Source of the DNA: an uncultured delta proteobacterium
Lineage (GTDB): Bacteria; Myxococcota_A; Polyangia; Fen-1088
DNA: 64,000 nt
Direction: 5' to 3'
Assembly (NCBI GenBank): GCA_963796685.1
Contig: CAWCMR010000008.1
Coordinates: forward strand, 672,001-736,000
The translations under genes and the position numbers were made by a program. Below the pieces are notes generated by a model. That model did no database searches. It was not told the origin of the DNA and saw only the letters and a program-made list of their open reading frames with translations. How positions within the stretch are numbered: the stretch's first letter is position 1; each line of letters opens with the position of its first letter. Shown here piece by piece: positions 28,316-37,916 of this stretch.

Positions 28316-29881
28316 CTATTCCCCAACCACCATGCCGCCAGCGCCGGGTCGCTGGCGGCGGAGCAGCAACAGCAGCGGCAAGACGCACACGACTGCCACG
28401 AAGCACACGAAGAACGAGTAGTTGAACGACAACATCATGGCTTGGCGGTGGACTTCGCCGTACAGCACGCGTAGCTCTCCGGTCTGCGCGACAGGCGCCG
28501 GCAGGCCGCGCGCAACCAGGAAGTGCTCGAGCTGCCCTGCTGTGGCCCGCAGGTTGGGCGCGTTGAGGTCCAGGCGGCCGGCGATGCGCAGCTGATACCG
28601 TTGCGCCCCGCGTGCCAGCAGCGTGGACGTGATCGAAACGCCCACCGCGCCCCCCAGATTGCGGACCAGATTGAAGAGCCCCGTGGCATTGCCCATCTTG
28701 TGTTGCGAAATCTGACTCATGGCCAGGGTGGTGAGCGGCACGAAGAACATGGCGATGCCGAGCCCCTGCACGATGCGCGGCCTGAGCACCGACCAAAAGT
28801 CCGCTTGCAGGTTGAAGAGCGTCATCATGTACACGGACAGCGCCGCGATGACCATGCCCACGGCAAGCAGCTTGCGCGCCTGTCCCTTTTGCGCGAGCTT
28901 GCCCACGATTGGCATGGCCACGATGGTGACAGCCCCACCCGGCCCCAGGACCAACCCGGCTTGAAAGGCGGTGTAACCCATCAGCTCCTGCAGATAGAGA
29001 GGCAAGAGCACGATGCTGGCAAAGAAGGAAGCGAAGGTCAGAAATAGGATGAGACAGGCGAAACCGAACGAGCGCGTGGCGAAGGCGCGCAGATCCATCA
29101 CCGGGTGGTCGGTGCCGTAGAGCTCCCACCAAACCAGCGCCGCCAGGCTGACCAAGGCCAGTGCGGTACATACGATGATGAAGCTCGAGCTGAACCAGTC
29201 CTCGTGGTTGCCCTGGTCGAGCATCACCTGCAGGCTGCCGATGCCCACCGTCAGCAAACCCATGCCCCAAAGGTCGATACGGCGACGCTGGGCGCGCAGG
29301 TAGGGCGGATCCGTGATTACCGCCAGGGTGGCGATGGTCGACAGCACCCCGACGGGAATGTTGATGTAGAAGATCCACCTCCAGCTCAGCTGGTCGGTGA
29401 TGTACCCCCCGAGCACCGGGCCGAGGATGGGCGCGGCCACGATGCCCATGCCGAAGACCCCCATGGCCATGCCGTGCTCTTCGCGCGGAAAGGTCTCGAG
29501 CAAGATGGCCTGGCTCATGGGCTGCAGCGCGCCCCCGAAGAATCCCTGTAGGGCGCGCACCGCGATGAGGAAATCCAGGGTGGGCGACGCGCCGGCCAGA
29601 AAGCTTGCCATCGTGAACCCGAGCACGCACACCATCAGAAAACGCTTGCGACCGAAGGTGGTGGCGAACCATCCCGTCATGGGCAGGACGATGGCGTTGG
29701 CGACGAGATAGCTGGTCAGCACCCAGGTCACCTCGTCGATGCTGGCATTCAAGCCGCCCTGGATGTGAGGCAGGGCGACGTTGGCGACGGAGGTATCCAG
29801 GATCTCCATGGCCGTGGGCAGCATCACGGTGCACGCCACCGCCCACTTGTTCGCCTTGCCATCGGCCGTGCGCAGATTCAT
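28316..29881 (-). CDS. DHA2 (EmrB-like) MFS efflux permease
   Basis: LDTSVANVALP, WVLTSYLVANA, WRWIFYINIP. Confidence 0.9.
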   Translation of the reverse strand: MNLRTADGKANKWAVACTVMLPTAMEILDTSVANVALPHIQGGLNASIDEVTWVLTSYLVANAIVLPMTGWFATTFGRKRFLMVCVLGFTMASFLAGASPTLDFLIAVRALQGFFGGALQPMSQAILLETFPREEHGMAMGVFGMGIVAAPILGPVLGGYITDQLSWRWIFYINIPVGVLSTIATLAVITDPPYLRAQRRRIDLWGMGLLTVGIGSLQVMLDQGNHEDWFSSSFIIVCTALALVSLAALVWWELYGTDHPVMDLRAFATRSFGFACLILFLTFASFFASIVLLPLYLQELMGYTAFQAGLVLGPGGAVTIVAMPIVGKLAQKGQARKLLAVGMVIAALSVYMMTLFNLQADFWSVLRPRIVQGLGIAMFFVPLTTLAMSQISQHKMGNATGLFNLVRNLGGAVGVSITSTLLARGAQRYQLRIAGRLDLNAPNLRATAGQLEHFLVARGLPAPVAQTGELRVLYGEVHRQAMMLSFNYSFFVCFVAVVCVLPLLLLLRRQRPGAGGMVVGE

Positions 29882-30948
29882 GGCTTGCCGACCAGGATGG
29901 TAGGCTCCACGCTCATCCCGATGCGCAACACCGGCAACACCGGATCGACGCCCGAGGGGGTGAAGGTGATCTTGACGGGAATCCGCTGCACCACTTTGAC
30001 GAAGTTGCCGGTGGCGTTCTCTGGAGGAATCAGACTGAAGGCCGCCCCGGTGCCGGCCATGATGCTGTCCACGCACCCATGCAGGTCGACACCCGGATAG
30101 GTGTCGACGTGGAGGGTGACCTTCTGGCCCACGCGCACCTGGGTCAAATCGGTCTCCTTGTAGTTGGCGGTCACGTAGAGGCCATCGAGAGGAACGATGG
30201 CAAACAGGGGCTGTCCCGGGGCGATTGTCTGCCCCACCTCGACCTGTCTGCGCGTGACCACCCCGCGGACCGGTGCCCGGATGGTCGCGTAACCGAGCTC
30301 CAGCTTGGCCTTGGCCGCCTTCGCCTCGGCCAACGCAACGTCGGCCCGCTCGCCCTTGGGCCCGGGCGCACCCAGCTCCGCCATGACCTCTCGGACGTGG
30401 CGATCGGCCGCCAACATTTGCTCCCGGAGCGACTGCCAACGTGAATAGGCTTGGTCGAAGTCGGCCTTGGTCACTGCGTTCGCTCGAACGAGCATGGTCG
30501 CACGCCCCTTTTGTTTTTCGGCGTACGAGACCTGTGCCTGCAGACTGGACGCCTGCGCCCTGACGGCCGAGGCCGATTCGATCTGCGCCGCCACCCGATT
30601 CCTTACCGAAGCGAGGTTCGCCTGAGCGATGAGCACGTCGGTCTCGAGGTCGCCGGTATCGAGCTTCATCAGGATCTGCCCGGCCTCGACCTCTTGGTTG
30701 TCGTCCACCAAGAGCTCCGCTATCTCTCCCGGGATGCGCGACGTGACGTAATGGACATGTCCATCGATGAAAGCATCCTGCGTGGTGACGTGGGTGCTGC
30801 GGTAGTGAAGATAGACTGGGATACCTATGACCAGCCCCGCGGCCACCACGAGAATGAGCAAGCCGAGGATCCACTTTCTGCGTTGGTTCGGGGGACGAGC
30901 CTGGGGAGGGACGCCTTGCTTCGGTGGAGTCTGCTCGCCGTTGCTCAT
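29878..30948 (-). CDS. HlyD/EmrA membrane fusion protein
   Basis: TQDAFIDG, ANYKET, ENATGNFVKVVQRIPV. Confidence 0.9.
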   Translation of the reverse strand: MSNGEQTPPKQGVPPQARPPNQRRKWILGLLILVVAAGLVIGIPVYLHYRSTHVTTQDAFIDGHVHYVTSRIPGEIAELLVDDNQEVEAGQILMKLDTGDLETDVLIAQANLASVRNRVAAQIESASAVRAQASSLQAQVSYAEKQKGRATMLVRANAVTKADFDQAYSRWQSLREQMLAADRHVREVMAELGAPGPKGERADVALAEAKAAKAKLELGYATIRAPVRGVVTRRQVEVGQTIAPGQPLFAIVPLDGLYVTANYKETDLTQVRVGQKVTLHVDTYPGVDLHGCVDSIMAGTGAAFSLIPPENATGNFVKVVQRIPVKITFTPSGVDPVLPVLRIGMSVEPTILVGKP

Positions 30949-31224
30949 GATGCACTCCACAGAAGCCCGCTGCTCGACCCGAGGCCTCGTCGGGCCAAAT
31001 GCCACCCCGACGCTGGCCGCGTCCCTGGCCCGGGTGCTTGCCCGGCATCCCGCGTTGCGTGGCTTGCTTTGCGTGCCTTACCACCCATCGTACGTTTAGA
31101 GGGCAGGTGCACCTACGATGGTTACATTGGAATGTCACCGAATCCGGCAGCGCCCCGCCGACGCTGTCCGCCGACGCGCTCCGTTGCCGGCCCTGAGCAA
31201 TCTCTTCCCTCTAGGAGGCTGGTG

Positions 31225-32169
31225 TTAAATGGCGAAGACCAGCAAGGCCTCTTCGCGAATGGTTCGCAGGTCGTCCCACAGCGAGGGCAGGGTCTGTGCG
31301 CTCAATCCGACGCGGACACCGTCGGGGGATTCGGCCAGGCGCTCGACCCAAGCCGAGTCCGCGTCGCAGCCTTGCCCGAGAAGCCAATCCACGACATCGG
31401 CCAGACGCAACAGATCGAGTGCCTGCGCGAATGCGCTCGCGCTACCCTGTCCGCCCTTGGGCTGATGGTGACACGCGATGAGCTGGGGAATGGGCTTGGG
31501 AATGTTCCACGACCAAAGCACGTGCGCCCCCAGCGTTGCATGATCGAATCCCCACAGTGCCTGTTCCCGCAGGTGCAGACTGCACGGCGAAAAATCTTGC
31601 GCGACCATGCTCGCATAAGAGGCCTCGCCGGTTTGGATGAGCAACAGCTTGCCGAAGTCGTGCAGCAGGCCCGCCAGAAAGACCTTGGACGACAGAGCCC
31701 CCGCATCGAAGCAAATGGCGAGCTCGCGAGCCACGGCCGCGGTTCCGGCCGAGTGATCGCGGATCTTCTGCCCGATGCCGCCTATGTCCTTGAAGAGCGT
31801 CATGGCCGACATGGCCATGGCCAGTCCACCGACGTGGGTCGCACCGATGCGGACGATGGCCTGCGCCACCGAGGCGCAGGGGCCGTGGGCGCGATAGGCG
31901 GCCGAGCTCGCCACGCGCATGATCCGCGCCGCCAGCGCGGGATCGCATTCGATCAGTCTGCGCACCTCGTCCAGATTGAAATCCGGGCAGGACACGTGAT
32001 CGATCAGGCGCTGGACCACGCCCGGGAACGGCCGTAGCCCGTCGAAACTGGCCAGGCGCGCGGCAAGGCTGTTCGCCGCGCGAAGATCGGACTCACTAGG
32101 GGAGGCGCCATCAAGCCACAGGTCCGTCAACTCCCTGACATCGTCTGGCGCCAGCGACCGCTTTTCCAC
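31225..32169 (-). CDS. Stand-alone HDOD domain protein
   Basis: DPALAARIMRVASS, GLLHDFGK, DHATLGA. Confidence 0.85.
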   Translation of the reverse strand: MEKRSLAPDDVRELTDLWLDGASPSESDLRAANSLAARLASFDGLRPFPGVVQRLIDHVSCPDFNLDEVRRLIECDPALAARIMRVASSAAYRAHGPCASVAQAIVRIGATHVGGLAMAMSAMTLFKDIGGIGQKIRDHSAGTAAVARELAICFDAGALSSKVFLAGLLHDFGKLLLIQTGEASYASMVAQDFSPCSLHLREQALWGFDHATLGAHVLWSWNIPKPIPQLIACHHQPKGGQGSASAFAQALDLLRLADVVDWLLGQGCDADSAWVERLAESPDGVRVGLSAQTLPSLWDDLRTIREEALLVFAI

Positions 32170-32220
32170 GTCCCCCTTTTCGGCACGTCAGCCAGAAAGC
32201 TTAGCCGCGGGCGGGAAAAA

Positions 32221-32943
32221 TCAGTTCTTCATGACATCGAGATTGTGGCACGCGCTGCTGTCGCCTCCCCGGCACGCCTTGCGGTAGAGATTGGCGGCGC
32301 GGGCGTCGTCCTTGGCCAGGCCGCACTGGCCCTTGTTGTAACAAACGCCGAGATTGTTGCACATGCTCGACTCGCCGCCGGCGCACGCCTTCTCGTACAG
32401 CATGACGGCGCGCTCGCTGCTCTTCGTCAAGCCGCAGCCGCCGAATTCGTAACACACGCCCAGTTGGCCGCACGCGTTCATGTCGCCACCATCGCAGGCC
32501 TTCTCGTACATGTCGAAGCCGCGCTGGCCATCCACGCCAAGACCGCAACCGCCGGTCCAATAACAGCCGCCCAGGCGCGTGCACGCTTCCATGACGCCTG
32601 CCTCGCAGGCCTTTCTGTAGTAGACGGCCGCGCGCGGATCGTCGTCCTCGAAATTGGGCAGGGCGCGGTTACCGAGGACGATGATCCTGAAGATACAGAA
32701 GATCACGACCACGCCGGACGCAGCCAGGCTCCCGATCTGGAGGGGAAGCTTCATTTCCTTGTCGCGTCGACCGAGCAGCGTCAGTACCACGCACAAGCCG
32801 CAGACTCCAACCACGACCAAGCGGGCGATCCGAATCCCGTGCAAGGACCAGATGAGTGGAACGCGACCAAGTGGAAGGAAGCATGCCAACGTTCCAACGA
32901 GCGTCACGATCAGGATGGCGAGACGTTGTCTGTGAATGCGCAT
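32221..32943 (-). CDS. Membrane protein with Sel1-like repeats
   Basis: Three TM helices; four YxKAC.GG...AC..LG repeats. Confidence 0.8.
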   Translation of the reverse strand: MRIHRQRLAILIVTLVGTLACFLPLGRVPLIWSLHGIRIARLVVVGVCGLCVVLTLLGRRDKEMKLPLQIGSLAASGVVVIFCIFRIIVLGNRALPNFEDDDPRAAVYYRKACEAGVMEACTRLGGCYWTGGCGLGVDGQRGFDMYEKACDGGDMNACGQLGVCYEFGGCGLTKSSERAVMLYEKACAGGESSMCNNLGVCYNKGQCGLAKDDARAANLYRKACRGGDSSACHNLDVMKN

Positions 32944-33090
32944 ACTGCTCTACGACGGCCAAACAAGCTCGCCACGCGTGGCGAGGCGCGCGACGGTAAG
33001 GATGGCTTCCCCACCGTCCCGCCTTGCATTGGATATCGACGGATCGGTACGGAGCTTGAGCCTGAGGGCTGGCGCGAGCATCCGCCCGGC

Positions 33091-33615
33091 TCAGCTCGGC
33101 AAACGAAACGCGAGCAGCATGCGCACGGTCCAGTAGACGACCCAGCCGCCTAGAAGGACCAGCAGCACCCAAATCCGATGGGGCAGGTGTGGGCTTTGCA
33201 AGAGGTTGGCGCGCATGGCCTCGCGAAAGACAAGCAGCAGAAACAGCAACATTGCGCAGCCGAACCCGACCAGGAAGGACTGCAACCTCTCCGCCGTGCG
33301 TGCCCGGCGTTCGGGGGAAAACCAGTAGTCCTTGTTGGGCAGGTTGATCATACCGGGTGGCAGGCGCACGACGAAGATGGGCGCGAGCCCGAAGAGCAGA
33401 GCCATGAGCCCCAGCACGCCGAGCTGGACGGCGAAGAAGTCGTCCTTGGGCATGAAGGCGTTGGCGTTTCCGCTGGCGTCGAAATGCGAGGCCATGCGCA
33501 CGGGCAAGCGCGGGTAGTACCATGCCATCTGCGCCAGTGTGGCGCCGACCAGCGCCAAGAACACAATCCGAGTCACGGTGAAGAGTCGCCGGGTTGGAAG
33601 ATTCCCTACGGGCAT
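33091..33615 (-). CDS. DUF1648 membrane protein
   Basis: YPRLPVRMASHFDASGNAN; INLPNKDYW. Confidence 0.75.
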   Translation of the reverse strand: MPVGNLPTRRLFTVTRIVFLALVGATLAQMAWYYPRLPVRMASHFDASGNANAFMPKDDFFAVQLGVLGLMALLFGLAPIFVVRLPPGMINLPNKDYWFSPERRARTAERLQSFLVGFGCAMLLFLLLVFREAMRANLLQSPHLPHRIWVLLVLLGGWVVYWTVRMLLAFRLPS

Positions 33616-33649
33616 GTGGAGAGCAGCGTAGCGCGGTCCCGGCTCCTCG

Positions 33650-35278
33650 TCAGCTTTGTTCCGCCCGCTTGAGCTTGCGCCACAGGGTCGCGGTGCTGAT
33701 GCCCAAGATCGCGGCCGCCTGGCGGCGGTTGCCCCCGGTCTGGCGAAGGACATCCTGGATGTGCGCCTCGGCAACCTCGTCGAGCGAGCGTTTGCCTGCG
33801 GATCGCCCAAGTCCTGCCGTGCGATGCACGATGGCCGATGGGAGAAGATCCGGGGTCAGTTGGCCGTCGCGCGAGAGGATGGCCGCGTGCTCGATGGCGT
33901 TCTCGAGCTCGCGCACGTTGCCGGGCCAGGGATAGTTGGTCAGAAGGTTGATGGATTCGGCGGACAGGCGCAGGGCCGGCAGCTTCAGCTTGGTGCGAAA
34001 GCGTTCCACGAAGAACCGCGCCAGGGGCAGGATGTCTTCGCGCCGCTGCCGCAATGGCGGAATGGCGACCTCCACCACGCGCAGACGATAGTAGAGATCC
34101 TCGCGAAAGGTTCCGGCGGTCATGGCAACGGCCAGGTCGCGATTGGTGGCCGCCAACACGCGCACGTTGATGGGACGGTTCTTGCTCTCGCCCACGCGGC
34201 GGATCTCGCGTTCCTGCAGCACGCGCAGCAGCTTGACCTGCGTGGCATGAGAGATCTCGCCGATCTCGTCGAGGAAAAGCGTGCCGCCAGCCGCACTTTC
34301 GAACAACCCCGCGTGATCGGACACCGCGCCGGTGAAGGAGCCCGCTTTGTGGCCGAACAGCTCGGAGTCGAGCAAGCTCTCCGGCAGGGCGCCGCAGTTG
34401 ATGGCCAGAAAGGGCCCCTTGCTTCTGGCCGATCGGCCGTGGATCAAGCGTGCGACCACCTCCTTGCCCACGCCGCTCTCCCCGGTGATGAGCACGGACG
34501 AATCGAAGGGCGCGATGCGCGTTGCCAGCTCGAGCACGCGCGTGAACGCGGGACTTCGGACCTCGACCAGCGGCGGCTTCTCCAGCCGCTCGAGCGTCGA
34601 CAACCGGCGGGTGTTGACCTCAAGCGCGCGGGTGACCTGGCGGAGCTTGTCGGTGAGGGTTCGGATCTTCCCTTTGATGTCGTCGGCGGAAAAGTAGGCC
34701 AGCGGCGCCGCGGGATCGCCGGCCCACGAGGCGACGTCCTTGCCCACGGCCGAGCAGACCCGTCCGCCTTGCGCACGGCAAGTCAGCTCGACGAAGTAGA
34801 TGGAGCGATTGAGGGCATAGGACATGAACCCGCTGGCGTAGCCCGCCAGCATCCAACACACTGGATGCTCGGCCTTGCCCAGATGGGCCACGTGCTCCTC
34901 CGCTTCCCCCGATCCATGCCAGGTCACGTCCATGAAGAAGTGGCCGTCCTTGTCCCCGGTTTCGTCCAGATCGAGGTGCTTGGTCACCCAGCGGGCCACG
35001 CCCTGCATGGCGTGCAGACGCGGTCCGGCCTTCACGAGCTCGAGAGGCTTGCTCCAGGAAAAGACCCGGCGCATGGCCGCCGCGTCCGCCTGGCCCCAGA
35101 AGTAGGCATAGCGGGTGAGAATTCGACGCGCTTGCCTGGCGCCGACCATTTCGTACAGATCCTGGCGAAACTGGGCAAACGCGTCCGTGCTGTGCAGCAC
35201 CAGCCTCCGGCCCTGGAAGTCGATGACGCCATCGCGGAAGGTGAAGAGCTCGTCGAAGCGCAGATCGTCGGCACGCAT
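33650..35278 (-). CDS. sigma54 enhancer-binding protein with XylR_N/V4R sensor
   Basis: [19 protein letters not shown]; [24 protein letters not shown]; Fis HTH. Confidence 0.92.
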   Translation of the reverse strand: MRADDLRFDELFTFRDGVIDFQGRRLVLHSTDAFAQFRQDLYEMVGARQARRILTRYAYFWGQADAAAMRRVFSWSKPLELVKAGPRLHAMQGVARWVTKHLDLDETGDKDGHFFMDVTWHGSGEAEEHVAHLGKAEHPVCWMLAGYASGFMSYALNRSIYFVELTCRAQGGRVCSAVGKDVASWAGDPAAPLAYFSADDIKGKIRTLTDKLRQVTRALEVNTRRLSTLERLEKPPLVEVRSPAFTRVLELATRIAPFDSSVLITGESGVGKEVVARLIHGRSARSKGPFLAINCGALPESLLDSELFGHKAGSFTGAVSDHAGLFESAAGGTLFLDEIGEISHATQVKLLRVLQEREIRRVGESKNRPINVRVLAATNRDLAVAMTAGTFREDLYYRLRVVEVAIPPLRQRREDILPLARFFVERFRTKLKLPALRLSAESINLLTNYPWPGNVRELENAIEHAAILSRDGQLTPDLLPSAIVHRTAGLGRSAGKRSLDEVAEAHIQDVLRQTGGNRRQAAAILGISTATLWRKLKRAEQS

Positions 35279-35282
35279 GAGC

Positions 35283-35317
35283 GTTTCAATATGAAACATC
35301 ACATTTCATTTTGCAAC
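35283..35317. promoter_or_regulatory. Tandem upstream activator sites for the EBP
   Basis: GTTTCA-ATA-TGAAAC (perfect) and ATTTCA-TTT-TGCAAC (imperfect), 20 bp apart. Confidence 0.6.
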
Positions 35318-35393
35318 ACCGGCGACGGGGTTCGCTCCGCGGCATCTCCGACAACCAGGCGTACCGACTGCAGCATCCGGAATCGCACCGCCC

Positions 35394-35409
35394 CGGCATG
35401 GGCCTTGCT
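35394..35409 (+). promoter_or_regulatory. sigma54 -24/-12 promoter
   Basis: CGGCATGGGCCTTGCT, GG-N10-GC spacing, ~50 bp upstream of the M20 ATG. Confidence 0.8.
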
Positions 35410-35460
35410 GTACGTCCTTGGCAAAGGCCAGCCGGTGCGCGGCCCACACGAAAGGACCCC

Positions 35461-36678
35461 ATGTACGATCTGCTCAAGAACAAGCTCGAAGGATTGCAAG
35501 GCGAAATGGTCGCGTTCGCCCAGGAACTGCTCAGGACGCGCAGCCGCAGCGGCGACGAAAGCAAGGCCGCGGGACTGGTCGTGGACCAGATGAACGCCCT
35601 TGGCTTCGACCAGGTATCGACCGACGAGCTTGGCAATGTCGTGGGGGTTCTCCACGGCGTCGAAGACGGCCCCACCTTGATGCTCGCCAGCCACATGGAC
35701 ACGGTCGGTACCGGCAATCTTTCCACCTGGGACGAATCGCCTTGGAGCGGACGCATCGAGAGCGGCCGCTTGCACGGTCTCGGCGCCGCGGACTGCAAGG
35801 GGGGACTCGCGGCGCAGGTCTTCGCCGCGGGGCTCATCAAACGCAGTCTTCTGCCGTTGCGCGGAAACCTGGTGGTGGCAGCGACGGTTCTGGAAGAGAA
35901 CGGCATCTCCATCGGCATGCGCGGCTTGCTCAGCCACACGCTCAAGGACATGGGGCTCGTGCCGGCCTACGCCGTGCTCGGCGAACCGACCGATCTCGGG
36001 CTGTACTACGGCCACGACGGCCGCGCCGAGATGGAAATCACGGTGCGCGGGATCAATCCTTTCCGCGTCTCGGACGCGGCCGAGTTGGTTTCGCGCGCGC
36101 TCGACGAGTCCGGCCACGAAGCTGCCGTCGAGGAAATCGCCGTGGGCGAGACGCGCTACGAGGACGGTCCCGGTTTCCGCCAGGCCGTCATCGCCTTGGA
36201 GCGACGCCTGGGCGCGAACGACGAGGTCAACCACCTGGTCGCGCGTATGCGCGGCGAGGCGGTGCGCGCCGCCAGCAGCATCGGCGCCGTGGACGTCGAG
36301 GTCTGCGTGCGCGAGCGCAACGAGGTCATGCCGAGCGGTCTCGTGGTCAACGCGAAACGCGTCACCCAGGCCTGGTCCACCGATCCGTTCAGTCCCCTGC
36401 TCTCACGCGCACGCCAGGCACTGTCCGCGGCGGGTTGCGAGGTTCGGCCGGGGCGCTGGAAGCTGGCCCGCCTGGGCATGGGCACCGCGGGCAGCCTGCT
36501 CGTCAACGAGCACAGCATCCCCACCATCGGCTACGGGCCAGGGCACGAAGAGCAGGCCCACCGCGAGGGCGAATCGGTGGCCATCTCGAAGTTGGTCACC
36601 TGTACCTACGGCACCGCAGCCATCGCGCACGGCCTCGTTGGCATCCCGGTTTTCGGATGGATTCCCGATAGTCTGTAG
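35461..36678 (+). CDS. M20/ArgE/YgeY-like metallo-amidohydrolase
   Basis: SHMDTV, GAADCKGG, EE, GEPT, GPG..EQAH. Confidence 0.85.
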   Translation: MYDLLKNKLEGLQGEMVAFAQELLRTRSRSGDESKAAGLVVDQMNALGFDQVSTDELGNVVGVLHGVEDGPTLMLASHMDTVGTGNLSTWDESPWSGRIESGRLHGLGAADCKGGLAAQVFAAGLIKRSLLPLRGNLVVAATVLEENGISIGMRGLLSHTLKDMGLVPAYAVLGEPTDLGLYYGHDGRAEMEITVRGINPFRVSDAAELVSRALDESGHEAAVEEIAVGETRYEDGPGFRQAVIALERRLGANDEVNHLVARMRGEAVRAASSIGAVDVEVCVRERNEVMPSGLVVNAKRVTQAWSTDPFSPLLSRARQALSAAGCEVRPGRWKLARLGMGTAGSLLVNEHSIPTIGYGPGHEEQAHREGESVAISKLVTCTYGTAAIAHGLVGIPVFGWIPDSL

Positions 36679-36692
36679 CCCGCGGAGCAATA

Positions 36693-37916
36693 ATGCGTAT
36701 CATCGTGTTCAACTGCGGAAGCTCGTCGCTGAAGTACCGTCTCATCGACATGCCGAGCGAGACCGAGCTGGCCGCGGGCGAGGCCGAGCGGGTGGGGCCG
36801 AAGACGGCCCTGCCCGGCTGTATTCACCACCAGGTGGGGAGCCGGAAGGAAGACCACCCCCTGGACATGCCCGATCACGGCGCGGCCTTTTCCGCGGTGA
36901 TGAAATTGCTGGAGCGGGACTCGCGCCTCTTGCCCGAGGCCATCGGGCACCGCATGGTGCACGGCGGGGCCATCTTCAAGGGCCACGTGGTCGTCGACGA
37001 CGAGGCCTTCCATCATCTGGAGGAGGTTCAGGATCTCGCGCCCATTCACAACCCACCCGCCCTGCGCCTCTTGGCGGCGTGCCGGCAGCTCTATCCCAAG
37101 CTGCCCGAGACCGTGGTCTTCGATACCGCCTTTCACTCGACGCTTTCGCCCGCGGCGCGCACCTACGCCCTGCCCACCGAGCTGGCACGTCGCCACGGAT
37201 ATCGCAAGTACGGGTTCCACGGCACGAGCCATCAGTACGTGGCGCAAGAGGCAGCGAAGTTCCTCGGCATCCCCATGTCCGAGCTGCGCGCCGTGAGCTG
37301 CCACCTGGGCAGCGGCGGCGCCAGCCTGTGCGCCATCGTGGGCGGCAAGTCCGTCGACAACACCATGGGCTACTCGCCGCTGCAGGGGTTGGTCATGAGC
37401 ACGCGCTCGGGCGATCTGGATCCCGCCATTGCCCTCGGCCTGGTGGCGCGCGCGCAAGGCGACAGTCAATCGGTGGAGAGCATGCTCAACCGCAAGAGCG
37501 GCCTGCTCGGATTGACCGGCGTGTCCGCCGATATTCGCGATTTGGTGTCGGGCGACAGAACTGCGGATGGCACGGAACAAGGCCTGGCTCTCTCGCGCGC
37601 GGCCCAGGTCTATCTGTGGCGAATCCGCAAATACCTCGGCGCCTATCTGGTTGTCACCGAGCGTCCCCACTGCATCATCTTCACCGATACCATCGGCGAG
37701 AAGATGCCCTACGTGCGCTGGGCGGTGACCGCGGGACTCGACAAATTGGGCGTGGTGCTGGACCCGCTCAGAAACGCGGAATCACCGCCCTTGCCCGCGG
37801 ATCTGGCGGCGCGCCGAAGTCGCGTGCGCATCCTGGCCATCGCCACCAACGAAGAAGTCGCCATTGCCCGCGCCAGTTACGCTCTCCTGGCCAATCCAGA
37901 AAGGTTGCCGTCATGA
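36693..37916 (+). CDS. ackA: Acetate/propionate kinase
   Basis: NCGSSSLKY, GHRMVHGG, APIHNP, FDTAFH, GFHGTSH, STRSGDLDP, TNEE. Confidence 0.9.
   Translation: MRIIVFNCGSSSLKYRLIDMPSETELAAGEAERVGPKTALPGCIHHQVGSRKEDHPLDMPDHGAAFSAVMKLLERDSRLLPEAIGHRMVHGGAIFKGHVVVDDEAFHHLEEVQDLAPIHNPPALRLLAACRQLYPKLPETVVFDTAFHSTLSPAARTYALPTELARRHGYRKYGFHGTSHQYVAQEAAKFLGIPMSELRAVSCHLGSGGASLCAIVGGKSVDNTMGYSPLQGLVMSTRSGDLDPAIALGLVARAQGDSQSVESMLNRKSGLLGLTGVSADIRDLVSGDRTADGTEQGLALSRAAQVYLWRIRKYLGAYLVVTERPHCIIFTDTIGEKMPYVRWAVTAGLDKLGVVLDPLRNAESPPLPADLAARRSRVRILAIATNEEVAIARASYALLANPERLPS

Noticed and set aside
28316-31138. 940-aa MFS fusion in the ORF track
   Set aside because: The upstream part overlaps the HlyD gene in another frame; the true start is the ATG at 29881
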